Shown one piece after another: positions 34,736 through 48,506 of a stretch of DNA of 64,000 bases (position 1 is its first letter; every line of letters starts with the position of its first letter). The notes under the pieces were generated by a model. That model saw only the letters and a list, made by a program, of their open reading frames with translations, did not search any database and was not told the DNA's origin. The stretch covers positions 31,130,401 to 31,194,400 of the forward strand of contig CM120641.1 of NCBI GenBank assembly GCA_051362555.1, in the 5' to 3' direction. A program made the position numbers and the translations under genes. Source of the stretch: Lingula anatina (taxonomy: Eukaryota; Animalia; Brachiopoda).

Positions 34736-36775
34736 TTATTAGTACCACCAGCGTGTACGCTGGCGGTACTCATGGTTTTAGTCTCGACCCGTCTCGTACG
34801 GCTCCGTAAGCTCCGCCGGCTCCGTTGGCTCCGCAGGGTGTCGTGGGATACAAGTCACTGTTACCGCTTCTCCTCCTAGGCCGCAAGGACCTGTGTCCCC
34901 ATCTCTTGGATTTAGGTCACATATAATCTCAACTTGAACCCCCCGGTATTTTTGTCTCAGTCGGTCCTTTGGCCTGGGCGTGACGCTCGTTGAAACGCAC
35001 CCTTGTCAAAATTTTGGAAAATTCAATGCTAAATATCTCCCAAACCGAAGGAATTATGGGAAAATTACTACAGAAGTCTGACCGAAAGTCATATGTGGAG
35101 ATTCCAAATATGCCCTGAGATTTGACTTTTGACCTTTATTTCAAGGTCAAAAGGGCCAAAATTTTCTAAAAATGGGACTTTTCTGCAAAAAAAAATATTT
35201 GTTTGTACCAATTTTCAGAAACTACACTGACCTAAGCTCTCATATTATGGTGAGGGGTTGCAATCAGGGTCTCCTTTCATCTTTGAGAGTTTGGGGTCAG
35301 TAGGTGCATTTTCATGGGAGAAGCGGCCATTAGATATGAAACCAAAAACTCTCAAACTCTGGAACCGTAAATGCCAGAGACCTTTTGAATTTTGCAATTT
35401 GTAGGACTTGTCAAGCACAATACTAGAGGTGGTGTCCACGTTTTTGTTTTCGATACTGTTTATGCATTGCGCTATATAAAAAAGTACAACGCAATATTCA
35501 GTGGTGAAAATAAAATGTGAATTACTCCAAAATTAGCAGAGATATGCCCATAGTTCCTATTAACCTTGAACAGGAAGTCTTATACTGGCAATCTAACTGT
35601 GACCTTGAAATTTACCTTTGACCTACTTTTTATTATGAACTGCACTTTGCAATTTTTCTGATCTTCATATCTCCAAAACTGGCAAAGATACGACCATAGT
35701 TACTATTGAACTTGATTAGGAAGTCATATACTTGCAATCTAACTGTGACCCTGAAATTGACCTTTGACCTAATTTTCACCATGAACTGAACTTTGCAAAT
35801 TTTCTATCCTTTATATCTCGAAAACTGGCAGAGATACACCCAAAGTTACTGTTGAACTTGAATAGGAAGTCATATACTGGCAATCTAACTATGACCTTGA
35901 AATTGAGCTTTAACCTACTTTTTATGATGAACTGCACCTTGCATGTTTTCTGGCATTTATATCTCCAAAATTGGCAAAGAAATTCCCATGGTTACTATTG
36001 ACCTTGAATAGGAAGTCATATACTGTGACTTTGAAATTGACCTTTGACCTACTTTTTCACCAAGAACTGAACTTTGCGAATTTTTTATCCTTTATATCTT
36101 GAAAACTGGCAGAGATACACCCAAAGTTACTGTTGAACTTGAATAGGAAGTCATATACTGGCAATCTAACTATGACCTTGAAATTGAGCTTTGACCTACT
36201 TTTTATGATGACCTGCACCTTGCATGTTTTCTGGCATTTATATCTCCAAAATTGGCAAAGAAATTCCCATGGTTACTATTGAACTTGAATAGGAAGTCAT
36301 ATACTGTGACTTTGAAATTGACCTTTGACCTACTTTTTCACCAAGAACTTAACTTTGCATATTTTCTTGCCCCTCATATCTTCAAAACTAGCAGAGATAT
36401 GCCCATAGTGTTGCCCAAGGTTTACTCTTTTGTCAGCATAGTACAGATACAACAATGATAACACATTTCAAGGAAAACCAATAGGTCTATTGTCTAGAAA
36501 ATCACAGGAGTGATCAATGTTAGGAAAATACAGGTCAATTCCAAATTCTGCATGATTAGACCATTTTTAGTTTGTTTTTTTTTTTTTTTTTTTTGCATTT
36601 TTGCATTTTTTTACATATTTTGAGAACTCTTGTTGATTGCATTTTATAGAGCTTGTTAAGCACAAGACTGGAGGTGGTGTCCCTTTTTTTTTTTTTTGGT
36701 TTTCCATACGAATGCGCTTACTCCAGCTGGTGGTACAATATCCGGAGGCGGTATCGCCTCTCTGATCCTCTAGTT
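34736..36775 (+). mobile_element. Full-length HINE-like element, family B
   Basis: 5' GTACCACCAGC...GCTGGCGGTAC stem; GGCTCCG repeats; ~120-bp array at 35530-36410; 3' GCTGGTGGTAC, hairpin GAGGCGGTATCGCCTC, then CTAGTT. Confidence 0.8.
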
Positions 36776-36999
36776 TAATATTCATTTATGCAAGAAAGTA
36801 CCGTACATGTGTTTCTCTGTTGTTTCAGTGTACCCTTTGATCTTTCGTGTAATTCTGTACCTTTGGTTTCATCTATTTCACTGTATTTTAATGTGTGAGA
36901 GAGAATAAGTGTATATTTAATCTTTTTCAGCCTGTACATTATTGAAGTTTTGCAATTAAATAAATAAATAAATAAATAACATTTAAAAATTGATTTTGT

Positions 37000-37260
37000 T
37001 CAGCACACATGTATGCTAACATAACTATGTCCAGCATACATGTATGCTGAGGTGATTCTGTCCTGCATACATGTATGCTTAGGTGATTCTGTTCAGCATA
37101 CATGTATGCTGGGGGGGGATTCTGTTCAGCATACATGTATGCTGATCATGAGGTAATTCCATTCAGCATGCATGTATGCTAACATACAATTTTCAGGTAT
37201 TTTTTAACCAGCATACACATGTGCTAGTGATGAAGTTAACTCAGCATACACAAAATAGTG
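37000..37260. mobile_element. Right end of a CACTA element with ~31-bp palindromic subterminal repeats
   Basis: About seven units around the palindrome CAGCATACATGTATGCTG; ends ...CAAAATAGTG (reverse complement begins CACTA). Confidence 0.6.
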
Positions 37261-37675
37261 GAGAACATTCTAAAATTCACGCAGAATGTGTTCATAGTTT
37301 ATATAATATAGCTGTTTGTTTCCGACCAAATGCTCATGTATGCAACATTGGTCAAAAAGGTTGTCCCACCTCCAGTATCATGTGCTTTTATTTATAAATG
37401 ATCACATCACACGTGAAAATTGTTATAAATAATGATTTTCGTTCCAGATACCATAATTAACATCATGTGTTAAACAGAAAAGACAAACTAGTGGTGAAGA
37501 AATAAATATTTAATACCATTTATTCACATTTATTACATGTACCCCCTCAAATCCGACGTTTCACTCCGATTTTTAGAGGTAAAGAAATGCCTATTAAATT
37601 GAAAAAACAACACCAAATGTCACCAAATTTACATACATTTAGTATTAGGGTGTGCTAGTTAAGGGTCACGTGTCA

Positions 37676-37985
37676 TATAGCGAGTGTGTCAACCGCGTAC
37701 TGTAATTACCTCCTGTAGGCAGCGCTTCCTGCTTTCAACAAGGATAACAATTCTGTTTTGTGGAATATTGTCCCATTTTTCCTAAAGAGCTTGGGAGAGT
37801 TGGTCCAGATTATTAGGAGTTTGGTTTTCCTTTGCATCGCACACTTCAATTAATGCCACAAATGCTTAGTAGGGTTAATATCAGGGCTCAAAGATGGTTG
37901 CTCAATCCTCTGAACATGCATTGGGTTTCTGCAACAAATCACTCATTTTCACTAAAATTACGTGACGAAATCTTGAATTTACTTG
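37676..37985 (-). pseudogene. Tc1/mariner transposase C-terminal fragment
   Basis: PSLSPDINPTKHLW...PNNLDQLSQAL*EKWDNIPQNRIVILVESRKRCLQEVITVRG*HTRY, matching the SPDLNPIE.LW and ARGG.TRY motifs. Confidence 0.8.
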
Positions 37986-39477
37986 TCAGCCAGAAGAAGT
38001 ACAATCTTGTCTGCATAACTCTTCATGGATTGCTTCCTCCAAACCCGACTGATTCTTGAACAAAATTTTGGAAGTTGGGTAACTGTGGAAAACCTGTATA
38101 ACAGGACACAATGCTGCTGTGTGATTGTCCTGCCTGACACTAGGCAGCTTTATAACATTGTCATTTAACATTAATTGTTTGGGGTTGCAAAATCATAATT
38201 GAGCAAATAATAAAAGCAAACATAGCTAATTTTAAACAGTATCATTATTATTTCAAATGTTAATAGATTAGAAAAAAAACTACAGAAAAATACACTATCA
38301 CACTGATATTATTAATTTATACATGTTATTTATATATGTCTGAAACAGCTTGCAGTCATATTTCATTCTAGCTCTTTACTTGAACACAATGTCAGTTTAC
38401 TTGGAATGGCCATACTACATGTACCCTATAGTAGTTATGACAATTATACTCATGAAAGAGGAGCAATTTAAAGGTAGTGGAAAAAATTCACCTTAAAATG
38501 TAACCAGTGGTTTATTGTTCATCACATTAAAGGCAACTTTTGTCAAGATGCTTTAGGCAAATACACTTTAATTTTAATCTACCTAACAAACATGTAATCA
38601 TAAGCGTAAATTATTGTAAACATTTTTCTCTATTTTTCTTTCAATGTGACAAATTCACTTAACCTGTTAAATATTGACATAATTTATGAAACTCATTTTG
38701 TAGTCCCTATGATTAGTCTTTTTGCCAGCTTATCTTTTTGTTAAACTAAAGTAAAAAACAGTTGACAAAGTGAATTATAAAAAAAAATATATGCATTGTG
38801 TTTCATAACAATATTAAATAGCTTAGGGCAACAGGGAACCTGTAGGTACATTGTACCTGTTTTGTTCAAATGACAGCATATGACAATGTGCAAATGTACT
38901 CCTAAAAGGGGTAGTTCTCTGTAATGTACACAGTCAAACTATTGTCATTAATTCCTGGCAATGGCAAATCAAATCAAACCTTATGTGCAATGTCTTCGAT
39001 CAGTAATAAACAACATAAACCACCCATCTTGGTTAAAAAAAAGAGTTAATTTTAAGATGACGGAGATGACATCTAGCACACTGCCCACTGAACAGATGTC
39101 AGTGAGAAGCTGTTCAGTGCCCTCTATTCAAGTTCTAAAACAGAATCTATCTGCTGCTTCTAGTGCTGGCCTTCCAATGCCGCCAACGACGCACTGCATG
39201 TCTCTCCTGGGCGGCTGAATAACAGCAGCTATGAAATTCAGCAGAGTGTCGATGAGACACACATCTCTGTAATGTCAACATCAGTGCCTTCCCGAAGCCG
39301 GGGATGCGATCACGTCCGTGAAAACCAAGCTGTCTGTTGTGGGCACGGTTACTGTTTCTCATCGCCATCCTGGCAGCGTAGTAGTGTGCCTGGCAGTGGA
39401 AGCCCTTCTCCCCAGCCAGGCGACCAAGCATACAGCAGGACCAGTGGGAGCGAGGTACCTCTGAATAAAAACAATAA

Positions 39478-41170
39478 AACAAGGCAGCAAATAAAAGCCG
39501 TCAAATGCAAAGAAAACAATAATGAAAAACAAGGCAGCAAAACTGTCAAATGTACAGACAACCAGAAAAAAAAATAAGTCACTCAGTTTTCCTTTTAGAG
39601 CACTTAAGTGGCAGTACATAAAATATTTTTATCAGTTTTGATGCAGTGTTTTACAAAACAGCTTATAATCACCATCAATTTTACTTTATGAACTGTAGGT
39701 AGCATAGATATCTAAAATGTGACTAGCAAGGTCTTCCGGCCCATGAAAATTCAAAGTCACCCATTAAAAATGCCAATAAGAACACATTACTGAAATGTGT
39801 TACTTTCATTTTCAACACTTATTACACAATAACCAATTTACTTTTATTTTTAAAAGATCAAGTAAAACAAGGCATCAAAGCAGACAAAAAGCAGAAAATA
39901 TTGATACACAAAATAGGATACTGTCAATACTGATGCAAGTATGTTATATTATAATAAACACATTATGTTTAACAGCAATGTCAACACCAAACTTTAATTA
40001 TGCACAACAGGTAAAACAGTTGTGAGTCATAACATGGCCTTAAATCCATAGGATTCTGTGCAATTTCACTCAGCCACCGACTACCTCTGCTCAGATGCCA
40101 TACAAAAAGGGTATTATGGGCAGTATAGGCACCGTACAGGCATCACATTTCAAACGTAATTTAGGCTTAACTAGCATAAGGGTGTATTCCCAGAGATTTA
40201 GATCGATCCAGAGATTAAGATTTAGATTGACCTAACTCCCTGGGGGTTCACGCTAAATTGCAGTCAGTCGAGCGCACACCATAGTTAATTACCCCCTTAC
40301 AGCTTTCAGTAGGTGGGACAGACGCTAAAGCTGGCTAAGCTGACAGTAATCTAGTGAGACTTCCCACAGGGATAGAATGATCTTAAATCTATGGAAATGG
40401 GGTGTAAGACTTTGGGTCCACGAAAGTTCAAGTTCAAACTTTGAAAATGCCAGAATGAACAAAATGAAAATTTCACAAAAAAAAAAAAGTTAAACTAAAA
40501 GAAATCAGACTGGTTTTTCAACTGAAGCTGTATTTACTTATGTTTCTTTTCATTGAGTTTGAGAAGAGAAAGTGACTTGGTTTCCCTATATGGTAGCTGT
40601 GGTACATGTAGCAGTGCCCAAAATAGGTTTTTCCTCAATTTCGATACAATATATATTAGATGTTTTTAAACACCAGAATCAACACCAAACTTTAATTATG
40701 AACTGCAGGTAACAAAGATATTTAGAAAATGTGACTAGCAAAGGTCTTCAGATCTTTGGAAGTTCAAAGTCACACCTTGAAAATGCCAAAATGTAAGCAT
40801 GAGTTAACAGTAATGAAATGAGTTTTTTTCCATTTTTACAAATACAAAATAACCAATTTACTCTCCTTTTTATATTAACAACTAAGCAAATTGCTGAAAT
40901 GTAAGATCATCAAAAGAACAACTTTCAAATAATATCTGAGATTCTGAAAATAGTTAATGATTGAATATGACAAACTGCCAAAATATGACATTATTTCCAT
41001 TTTTGACACTTAATTACACAATACACAATAACAGGTTTACCATCATTTTTATATAATCAACTAACAATACTTTAAGATGCAGAAAATTTCTAAAGAACAC
41101 TCTTATGTATCTAATTAGTTCAATACATAGACTGTTAACATGCATGAGCACTGAATCTGAGGAAAAACCA
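39478..41170 (-). mobile_element. Cluster of degraded HINE family A fragments
   Basis: Several 3' ends (39478, 39528, 39866) and internal homology to 33.6-34.7 kb in reverse orientation. Confidence 0.65.
40180..40404 (+). mobile_element. TWA-targeting MITE, copy 6
   Basis: TAA TSD on both sides. Confidence 0.9.
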
Positions 41171-41189
41171 CAGTAACTAATAATAAAAT

Positions 41190-43429
41190 AACAAGGCAGC
41201 AAAGCTGTCAAATGTACAGACAAAAAGCAGAAAATAACAATGCACAAAATGGGCTACCGTCAATTCTGATGCAAAAATACATTATGCTTAACTGCAAATT
41301 CAACATCAAATTTTAATTATGCAGGTAATACCAATGTAAGTAAAATTTGTAACAAGCATAAGGCTTCAGGCCCATGGGAGTTCAAGTTCACACTATGAAA
41401 ATGCCAGAATGAGAAAAATGAAAATTTCACACAAAATTGCATAAATTCAATAGTAAATGATAACCCAATTGAGGTGGCTTTATAATTTGAACTGAATGCC
41501 AATCCTAAAAATCATACTTATAAGTTAATAATAATAAGTAACACAGTTTTCTTTTCATAATGTTTGTAGTAGCAGTGCAAAAAGATTTTTGTCAATTTTG
41601 ATGTAAAATTAAATAATAAATTACAGAATAATTATCACCAATTTTTGATTATTGACTATAAATAGCATGGACATGTAGAAAATTTGATTACCAGCTAATT
41701 AGACTGCTTTTCCAACTCAGGCTGCATTTTAGTCCTGTGTTTCTTTTTTGAATGTTTGACAATCATAACAGGCCCGTAGCCAGCAATTTCAAAAGGGGGG
41801 TTCTTTTTCTGAAAAAGTGGACCTTTTTCCATAAAAACTTCATGTACCTAGATCAAATTTTACCCAGGGTGGACGTTTTCCCAGCAAAAGGGGCGGTTCT
41901 TTCGAACCCCCCTGAACCCCCCCTGGCTACAGGTCTGCATAAGTAACATGGTTTTCCCATAATGGCCATCATGGCAGCAGCACCCAAAATTGTGTTTCTT
42001 CTATTTTGATGCAATATAACATAATGCTTAACACCATTATGACCATCAATTTTTAATAATAAAATATACGCATCATGGATTTTCAGAAAATGTGACTAGC
42101 ATGGGTCTTTAAGCCCATGGAGGTTCTAAGTCACACCTTGAAAATGCCAATATGTGAAAAATTAAACTTTCACACAAAACTGTTTAACTGCCAGAAAAAT
42201 TTACCAAACAGACTGCATTGCCTACTTAAGCTGTATTTTAGTCCCATGTTTCTTTCCTGTAAGTTTGAGAACAGTAAGCCACATGGTTTTCCTTAAATGG
42301 TCATCATGGGGGCAGTGCCCAAAATAGGGGTTTCTTCAAATTTTGATGCAACATTACATAATGTTTAACAGCATAATTACCATCAATTTTTAATAATAAA
42401 ATATTAGTATCATGGATATTCAGAAAATGTGACTAGCAAGGGTTTTCAGGCCCATGGAACTTCAAAGTCACACCTTGAAAATGCCAAAATGTAAACAAGG
42501 CAGCACTGTTCTGAAATGTTTTTTTTCACATTTTTAACAATTTTTTAACATAAAACAAAATTAACAGTTTACTGCCATTTTTATATGATCAACTAAGAAA
42601 ATTGATGACATGGGAAAAATATCAATAGAACAGTGTTAAATGTCCAATCTCCTCCATTCTGAGATTCTAAACATAGTGAATGATTGAATCTGACAAACTG
42701 CAATGATATGAGTTTATTTCCATTTTTGAAACTTTATTACCCAATACAAGATAACAAGTTTACCATCATTTTTACATAATCAACTAACAATGTTGTAAAG
42801 ATGCAGGAAATGTCAAACAAACACTTTTACATATCTTATTAGTTAAATAATGAGACTGTTAACATGCCTAAGAATTGAATCTGAGGAAATGTGAAAAAAC
42901 AAATAATGGCCCAATTATGCTGATTTTCAAACTCAACCTGCATTTTAGTAAGATTGACCACTCCTGTGAGTGTAATGACAATTGGCCTATCTGCTTTTCT
43001 TATATTGTGTTTACAGTGTTGCATATATGCTGAAAAGTGAAAAAACAGCATAACTACTAAAATAGAGACCCGATCAAGCCGATTTTCAAACTTGACCTGC
43101 ATTTTAGTAAGATTGCTTACAAGATTTTAGTAAGATTTTAGTAAGAATGACAACAGGCCTATCGGTTTTCATTGAAATGTGTTTACAGTGTTGTATATAT
43201 GCTGAAAAGTGAAAAGAACAGCATAACTTCTACCATAATTGCCCGATCATGCTGATTTTCGAACTTGACCTGCGTTTTATGAATATTCATCAACTCTGTG
43301 AATATAAATCCGAAAAGTAAAACTGTCTTCCACTTATCGTGTTTACGCTGAAAGTGCACAGTGATGACGGTGACGACAGACGCAGGTGACAGCAATATGT
43401 ACAGACACATCTGTGCCTGTACATAAAAA
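41190..43429 (-). mobile_element. Full-length HINE family A copy
   Basis: Both family A ends are present in reverse orientation; contains the hAT-like MITE. Confidence 0.8.
41769..41937. mobile_element. 169-bp hAT-like MITE with 5-bp TSD (hAT5-type)
   Basis: TIR CAGGCCCGTAGCCAG / CTGGCTACAGGTCTG; CATAA duplicated at 41764-41768 and 41938-41942. Confidence 0.8.
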
Positions 43430-44307
43430 GGGGGGTGGGATAACTTCGTCAAAACTGAACCTATAAGGCTTATCAGGCTTTCACACTTGATCTGGATGTT
43501 TAGAGCTACCAAAAAATTACTTTCACTTTAATTAATAATTGTGCTCAATTTCTGTGTAACAATTTCCATTAACAAATTAACTAAGCTATGGGCTCCGACA
43601 TGACTTCAGATCCGACTCAGTCTTACACTTTACATGCACAGAGAAGCATAACAGACCAACCTCAGTTCCAAATCTAAAGTGTGTCTATTATGTACAAGAA
43701 TTCTGATTTTATACAGATTATCTACAGGGAATCTATGCGTGCCAGTGTCTGCTACAGTGTACTTAATTACATACTAATTGTTGTGCAATATTAACATGTC
43801 ATACCCAACTGACTCGGGCATACATGTACCTACTACTGTGTAGGTCTCTACAGAGAATGATAATTATTAATGCAGGACAGATGCAAATTAGATAAAAACA
43901 TGTTGACTAACTATGATTACACAATGTGGAATTGGTGCAGGGTTCCACATGTATACCGGTATTAGTCCTACAAATCAGTCGTAGGAGTTTTAGAGCAAAA
44001 TATGACAATGTTGTCATGTTATATAGCTGTGCATTGGTTCATAACATATGCTGAAAAATAGTGCAAAAGCAGCATATTTTTTGTAAAAATAGTTCAATCA
44101 AACTGATTTTCAAAGTTGACCTGTACGATAGAGCATTCCTGTGAGTTTCTTGAAAGACAATAGGCCTATCGGTTTTCCATAAAATGTATTATCAGTGTTG
44201 CATTTATGCTGAAAACTCGAACTCGACCCGTATTTTATGAATATTCATCAGTTCCTTAAGTTTGAAGACAAAAAGCTAAAACGTTTTTTCCACTTAACGT
44301 CTTATTG

Positions 44308-47300
44308 AAGTAGTGTGGATAGGTCTTTTTGTATGTTTTTAAAGAGATATCAATAATTACATAGAAACATGTTACGCATCGGTATGAGAAATATTAGAGG
44401 ATTAGCAAAGAAACTTACTGATGAAAACTTTGTTGAGATGGTAGAAAATTTTGATATTTTCATATGTGTAGAAACTTTTAGTACCCTGAGATCAAAAATG
44501 GTCCTACCTAGTGGCTCACATGGCCACTTCTGCAAAATAAAAACAAAAAAGAAAACAAAAGGTCGCCCATCTGGCGGTATAGTTATATATTACAGAAAAC
44601 AATTTAGTGGTGCTCTTCATGTTATCTCTAGCAAAAGTGAGAATACCTTATGGATAAGGCTACCAGGACAGTGTTTTGGTCTCCAAAGAGACTTATTTGT
44701 GTGCGCAGTTTATGTTAAGCCAAAGAATGGGAGATTTGATGAAGCAACCTTTGACATCCTTGAGGAAGAAATAGTTCAGCATCAGTCAAATGGCATGATA
44801 TGCCTCATGGGTGATTTTAATGCTCGAACTGGTACACTCCCAGATTATATCAAAAATGATAACACACACGGTATCCCAGTGCCTGGTAGCCACCCCACAG
44901 ATATGCTCACTCCTGCTCGGAACAACTTAGACAGTATCATAAACTCCCAGGGAAGAACCCTTGTAGAATTATGCATTAGCAGCAATTTGAGAATACTGAA
45001 TGGAAGAGTGTTAGGAAATTCATTAGGGTACTACACATGTTACAATCAAAATGGCTGTAGTGCAGTGGATTATGCAGTTTTGAGTGATAAGTTAGTTGAT
45101 AGTGTAAAGTATTTCACTGTTCACCCAATTGACTATATCTCAGATCACTGTCTTCTAGATCTTACAATTGCAAGTAAGGGTTTCAAGGAGTCACCAAAAG
45201 TTATTCCCCTCCAAAAATACAAAGATCAGTACATCTGGGGCATCGACTCTGCAGATAAATTCCTCCGTGAACTGGAAAGTGAAAAAAACATAGAAGCCAT
45301 ATGTGAATTTCAAACTACCACCGTCCCAACTACTAAAGAGGGAGTAAATAAGGCATGTCAGTCTTTAACTAAAATCCTAGATGACACAGCTAGTGCATCA
45401 CTGCGTACAAAAAGAATGTCAAAGAAAAATGGTAATGAGAGAAAAAGGAATAAAAAGCAGCCCTGGTTTGACAATCAATGCATTGAAGTAAAAAGAAATA
45501 TCAAACACCTCGGGAGACTACTCCAAAAAAACCCGAATAATCACTTTATCTCTCACACTTATCATGAAGCTTGCAAAAAGTACAAGCAACTTTTGAAAAA
45601 GAAAAAACAAGAACATAAAGACAACCTCCTTGAAAAGCTTTTGAACATTGAAGAAAAGAATCCCAAAGAATTTTGGCAAATTATCAAAAAACTTAAGAAA
45701 GAAGAGGATCAGAACAACCTTATTGCCCCTGATGTATGGCACAATTACTTTCAACAACTGTGTGGTATCCCGCCTCTAGGTGACAATGACATTGATGATG
45801 AATTGAAAAAATATGAAGATTGCCCTGGAAATCCCAAACTAGATGACCCTATAACCATTCTGGAGGTCCAAAAAGCACTCAGAAAGCTAAAAAATGGCAA
45901 AGCACCTGGGGCAGATAGCATAAGAAATGAAATGCTTAAGACTGGGCAACCGTACTTACAGGGTATCTGGTGCGATGACTAAAATCTTTAACCTGGTCTT
46001 AAACTCTGGTGAGATCCCTGATGCTTGGAATTTAGGCATAGTTTTACCACTCTTTAAGTCTGGTGAGTGTTTGGATCCCTCAAATTACAGGGGCCTTTGT
46101 ATTACAAGCTGTTTGGGAAAGTTATTCAATTCCATTCTGGCAAATAGGCTAACTGACCTGATTGAAAAGGAAGGCAAACTTAGCGAAGAACAGGGTGGGT
46201 TCAGACCAAGTTACAGAACAACTGATCACATTTTCACTCTTAAATCAATTATTAACAGATATACTAGCCAAAATAGGAAGGTCTATGCATGTTTTAATGA
46301 TTTTAAAAAGGCATTTGATTCAGTGTGGCACAAAGGTCTGCTTCTCAAATTACAGAAACTTGGAATAGGAGGAAAATTTTACAATGTGATTAAACAAATG
46401 TACAAAAATACTAAATTAGGAATCTCCACAGGCAACAGTTATACCAAACCCTTTTTTGCTAAAATTGGAATCCGCCAAGGTGATAATCTAAGTCCAACAC
46501 TCTTCAATATATTTATAGACGACATAAAAGAATCCTTCCATACATGTAAAACCAAAGACAAGGTAGATGGCATCAACCACATACTTTATGCCGATGACCT
46601 AGTCCTACTGTCGAGAACAAAGGATGGACTGCAAAATCTTCTGAACAAACTAGAACAGTACTGTCAAAAGTGGAAGTTACACATAAATACAAAGAAAACA
46701 AAAATAATGGTGTTTAGCAAGAAGGGTAAACTTGACCATCAAACAAAATTTCACATTAATGATGAACCCATAGTAGAAGTAAAACAATACCCCTATTTGG
46801 GAATAGTTTTCTCCAACACTGGCTCGTTAAAGGAAGCAATCGAAAATTTGAAGAAAAAGGCCCTAAAAGCCCTGTTTTCCCTTAAAGCAGCACTTGCCTC
46901 TCAAAACATTTCCAAACCACTTTTGTGCATGAACTTATTTAACAAACTTATCAAACCAATTTTGCTTTATGGTTGTGAGGTCTGGTCACAGGAGGTATTT
47001 AAACAGAATAACATGTCTCTGAAGAAGATTAATAAAATGCCATTCGAACAGGTACACTTAAAGTTTTGCAAATGGATTCTAGGTCTAAGAAAGCATGCTA
47101 GCAATACCATGTCTAGAGCTGAGCTCGGCAGGTACCCTATTTTTCCAACTATAGCCAAACTTGTCCAAAGATATAGTCTTAGACTGGAACAACTGCCAAA
47201 TGATAGAATTGTAAAGCAAGTGTAGAATTGTAAAGCAAGTGTACAATCTTGAGCAAGATACAAAGGGAAACACATGGACAGAATCCATCCAATCTTTTCA

Positions 47301-48054
47301 CAATTGTTGGGGTTTCTCCGAAGATAACAACCCACCAAAGAAATTACATCAAATAGAAAACCTAGTAGAAAAATTGAACATAAAAATCGAAAAACTCTTT
47401 TGGCAGGAATTAAATAGTTCGACCTCAAACAAATTAAGGACATACAAAACAATTAAAAAATCTTATGAATGTGAAAATTACATCAAAATGAGTGTCTCCC
47501 CCTTAGATATCAAAACACTAGCAAAAATTAGACTAAGTGACCACGACCTAGCAATAGAAAGGGGCCGATACACAAACCCTAAAACTCCACTTGATGAGAG
47601 AAAATCTAAAGCTTGCAACTGTTTAGAGGATGAAACACATTTCCTCACAGAATGCACAAGATACACTGTTGAGAGGCAACGAATGCATGATGAACTACTG
47701 AAAATCAGTGTAGTGGGTCTAGATGACAGTGATCAGATATTGTCAATTCTCCTTAATCCACCCTGTCATAAAAGTCTCAAAGTAATAGCAGAATTTGTAA
47801 AGACTGCTGTTAAAATACATAGTTCACCTGAGATCTAGTATATCACAGCCACTTATTGTCAACAATGCTGTGAATAGCTTAATTAATTAATATTATAGCA
47901 TAATTTGCATTAACACATGTATAATTTAACATACTACATATGTAAACATATATAATTGTATATCCATATATATATTGTGTAAATATTGTAGTCTAGAGAG
48001 CCTGCAAATGTACTCACATCATTTAGTGCTCAATAAACTTATTACTTATTATTA
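44308..48054 (+). mobile_element. RTE-X-type non-LTR retrotransposon, 5'-truncated just upstream of ORF2
   Basis: APE + RT + C-terminal Cys/His motif; AATAAA and (TTA)n tail; TTATTG on both flanks. Confidence 0.9.
44369..47838 (+). pseudogene. ORF2: AP endonuclease-reverse transcriptase, two frameshifts
   Basis: NIRGL, GRPSGGI, MGDFNAR, SDH (APE); NYRGL, QGGFRP, DFKKAFDSV, GIRQGDNLSP, YADD (RT); RLSDHDLAIERGRY...EDETHFLTEC. Lesions: 7-bp insertion at 45959-45965 and 19-bp duplication at 47204-47241. Confidence 0.95.
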
Positions 48055-48506
48055 TTATTGGTGAAAGCGCACGACAACGGCGACGACAAACGCAGGTGAC
48101 GGCTACAATTTATATATACAGACACACCTGTGTGACTGTCTGTACATAAAAATGGCCGGATCAAGCTGATGTTCGAACTTGACCTGCATTTTATGAATAT
48201 TCATCAGTTCTGTAAGTTTGAAAACATAAGGTCAAATGGTTTTCCACTTTCGTTATAACATTGAAAGCCCACAGCGACGGGGACGACAGGCGCAGGTGAC
48301 AGCTATGTGTACACACACGTGTGTCTGTACATAAAACACTATGAGACAACAGCGGATCGTCTTAATTGTTATCGACGCTGATAGAGAAAACAGGATATCA
48401 AAGAGAAAGTGGGAGATAACAGATCCACTCTCCAGTAACTCACACTTGCTTCTCTCTTCCCTCCCCGTCCTACCCTGTACCGTGGTTAAATAGAACAACA
48501 GACATC

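Larger units (their letters stand above)
43980..48345 (-). mobile_element. HINE family A 5' fragments hosting the LINE
   Basis: The unit CCACTTA.CGT.TTA..GGT.AAAG.GCAC is split at 44307/48055; 5' ends at ~48150 and ~48336. Confidence 0.65.

Noticed and set aside
37000-37260. CRISPR array
   Set aside because: The intervening segments are short (~13 bp) and similar to one another, there are no cas genes, and the context is eukaryotic.
32680-43429. Giant foldback element or 10.7-kb inverted repeat
   Set aside because: Each arm is a complete HINE family A copy with its own 5' and 3' ends; these are independent insertions in opposite orientation.
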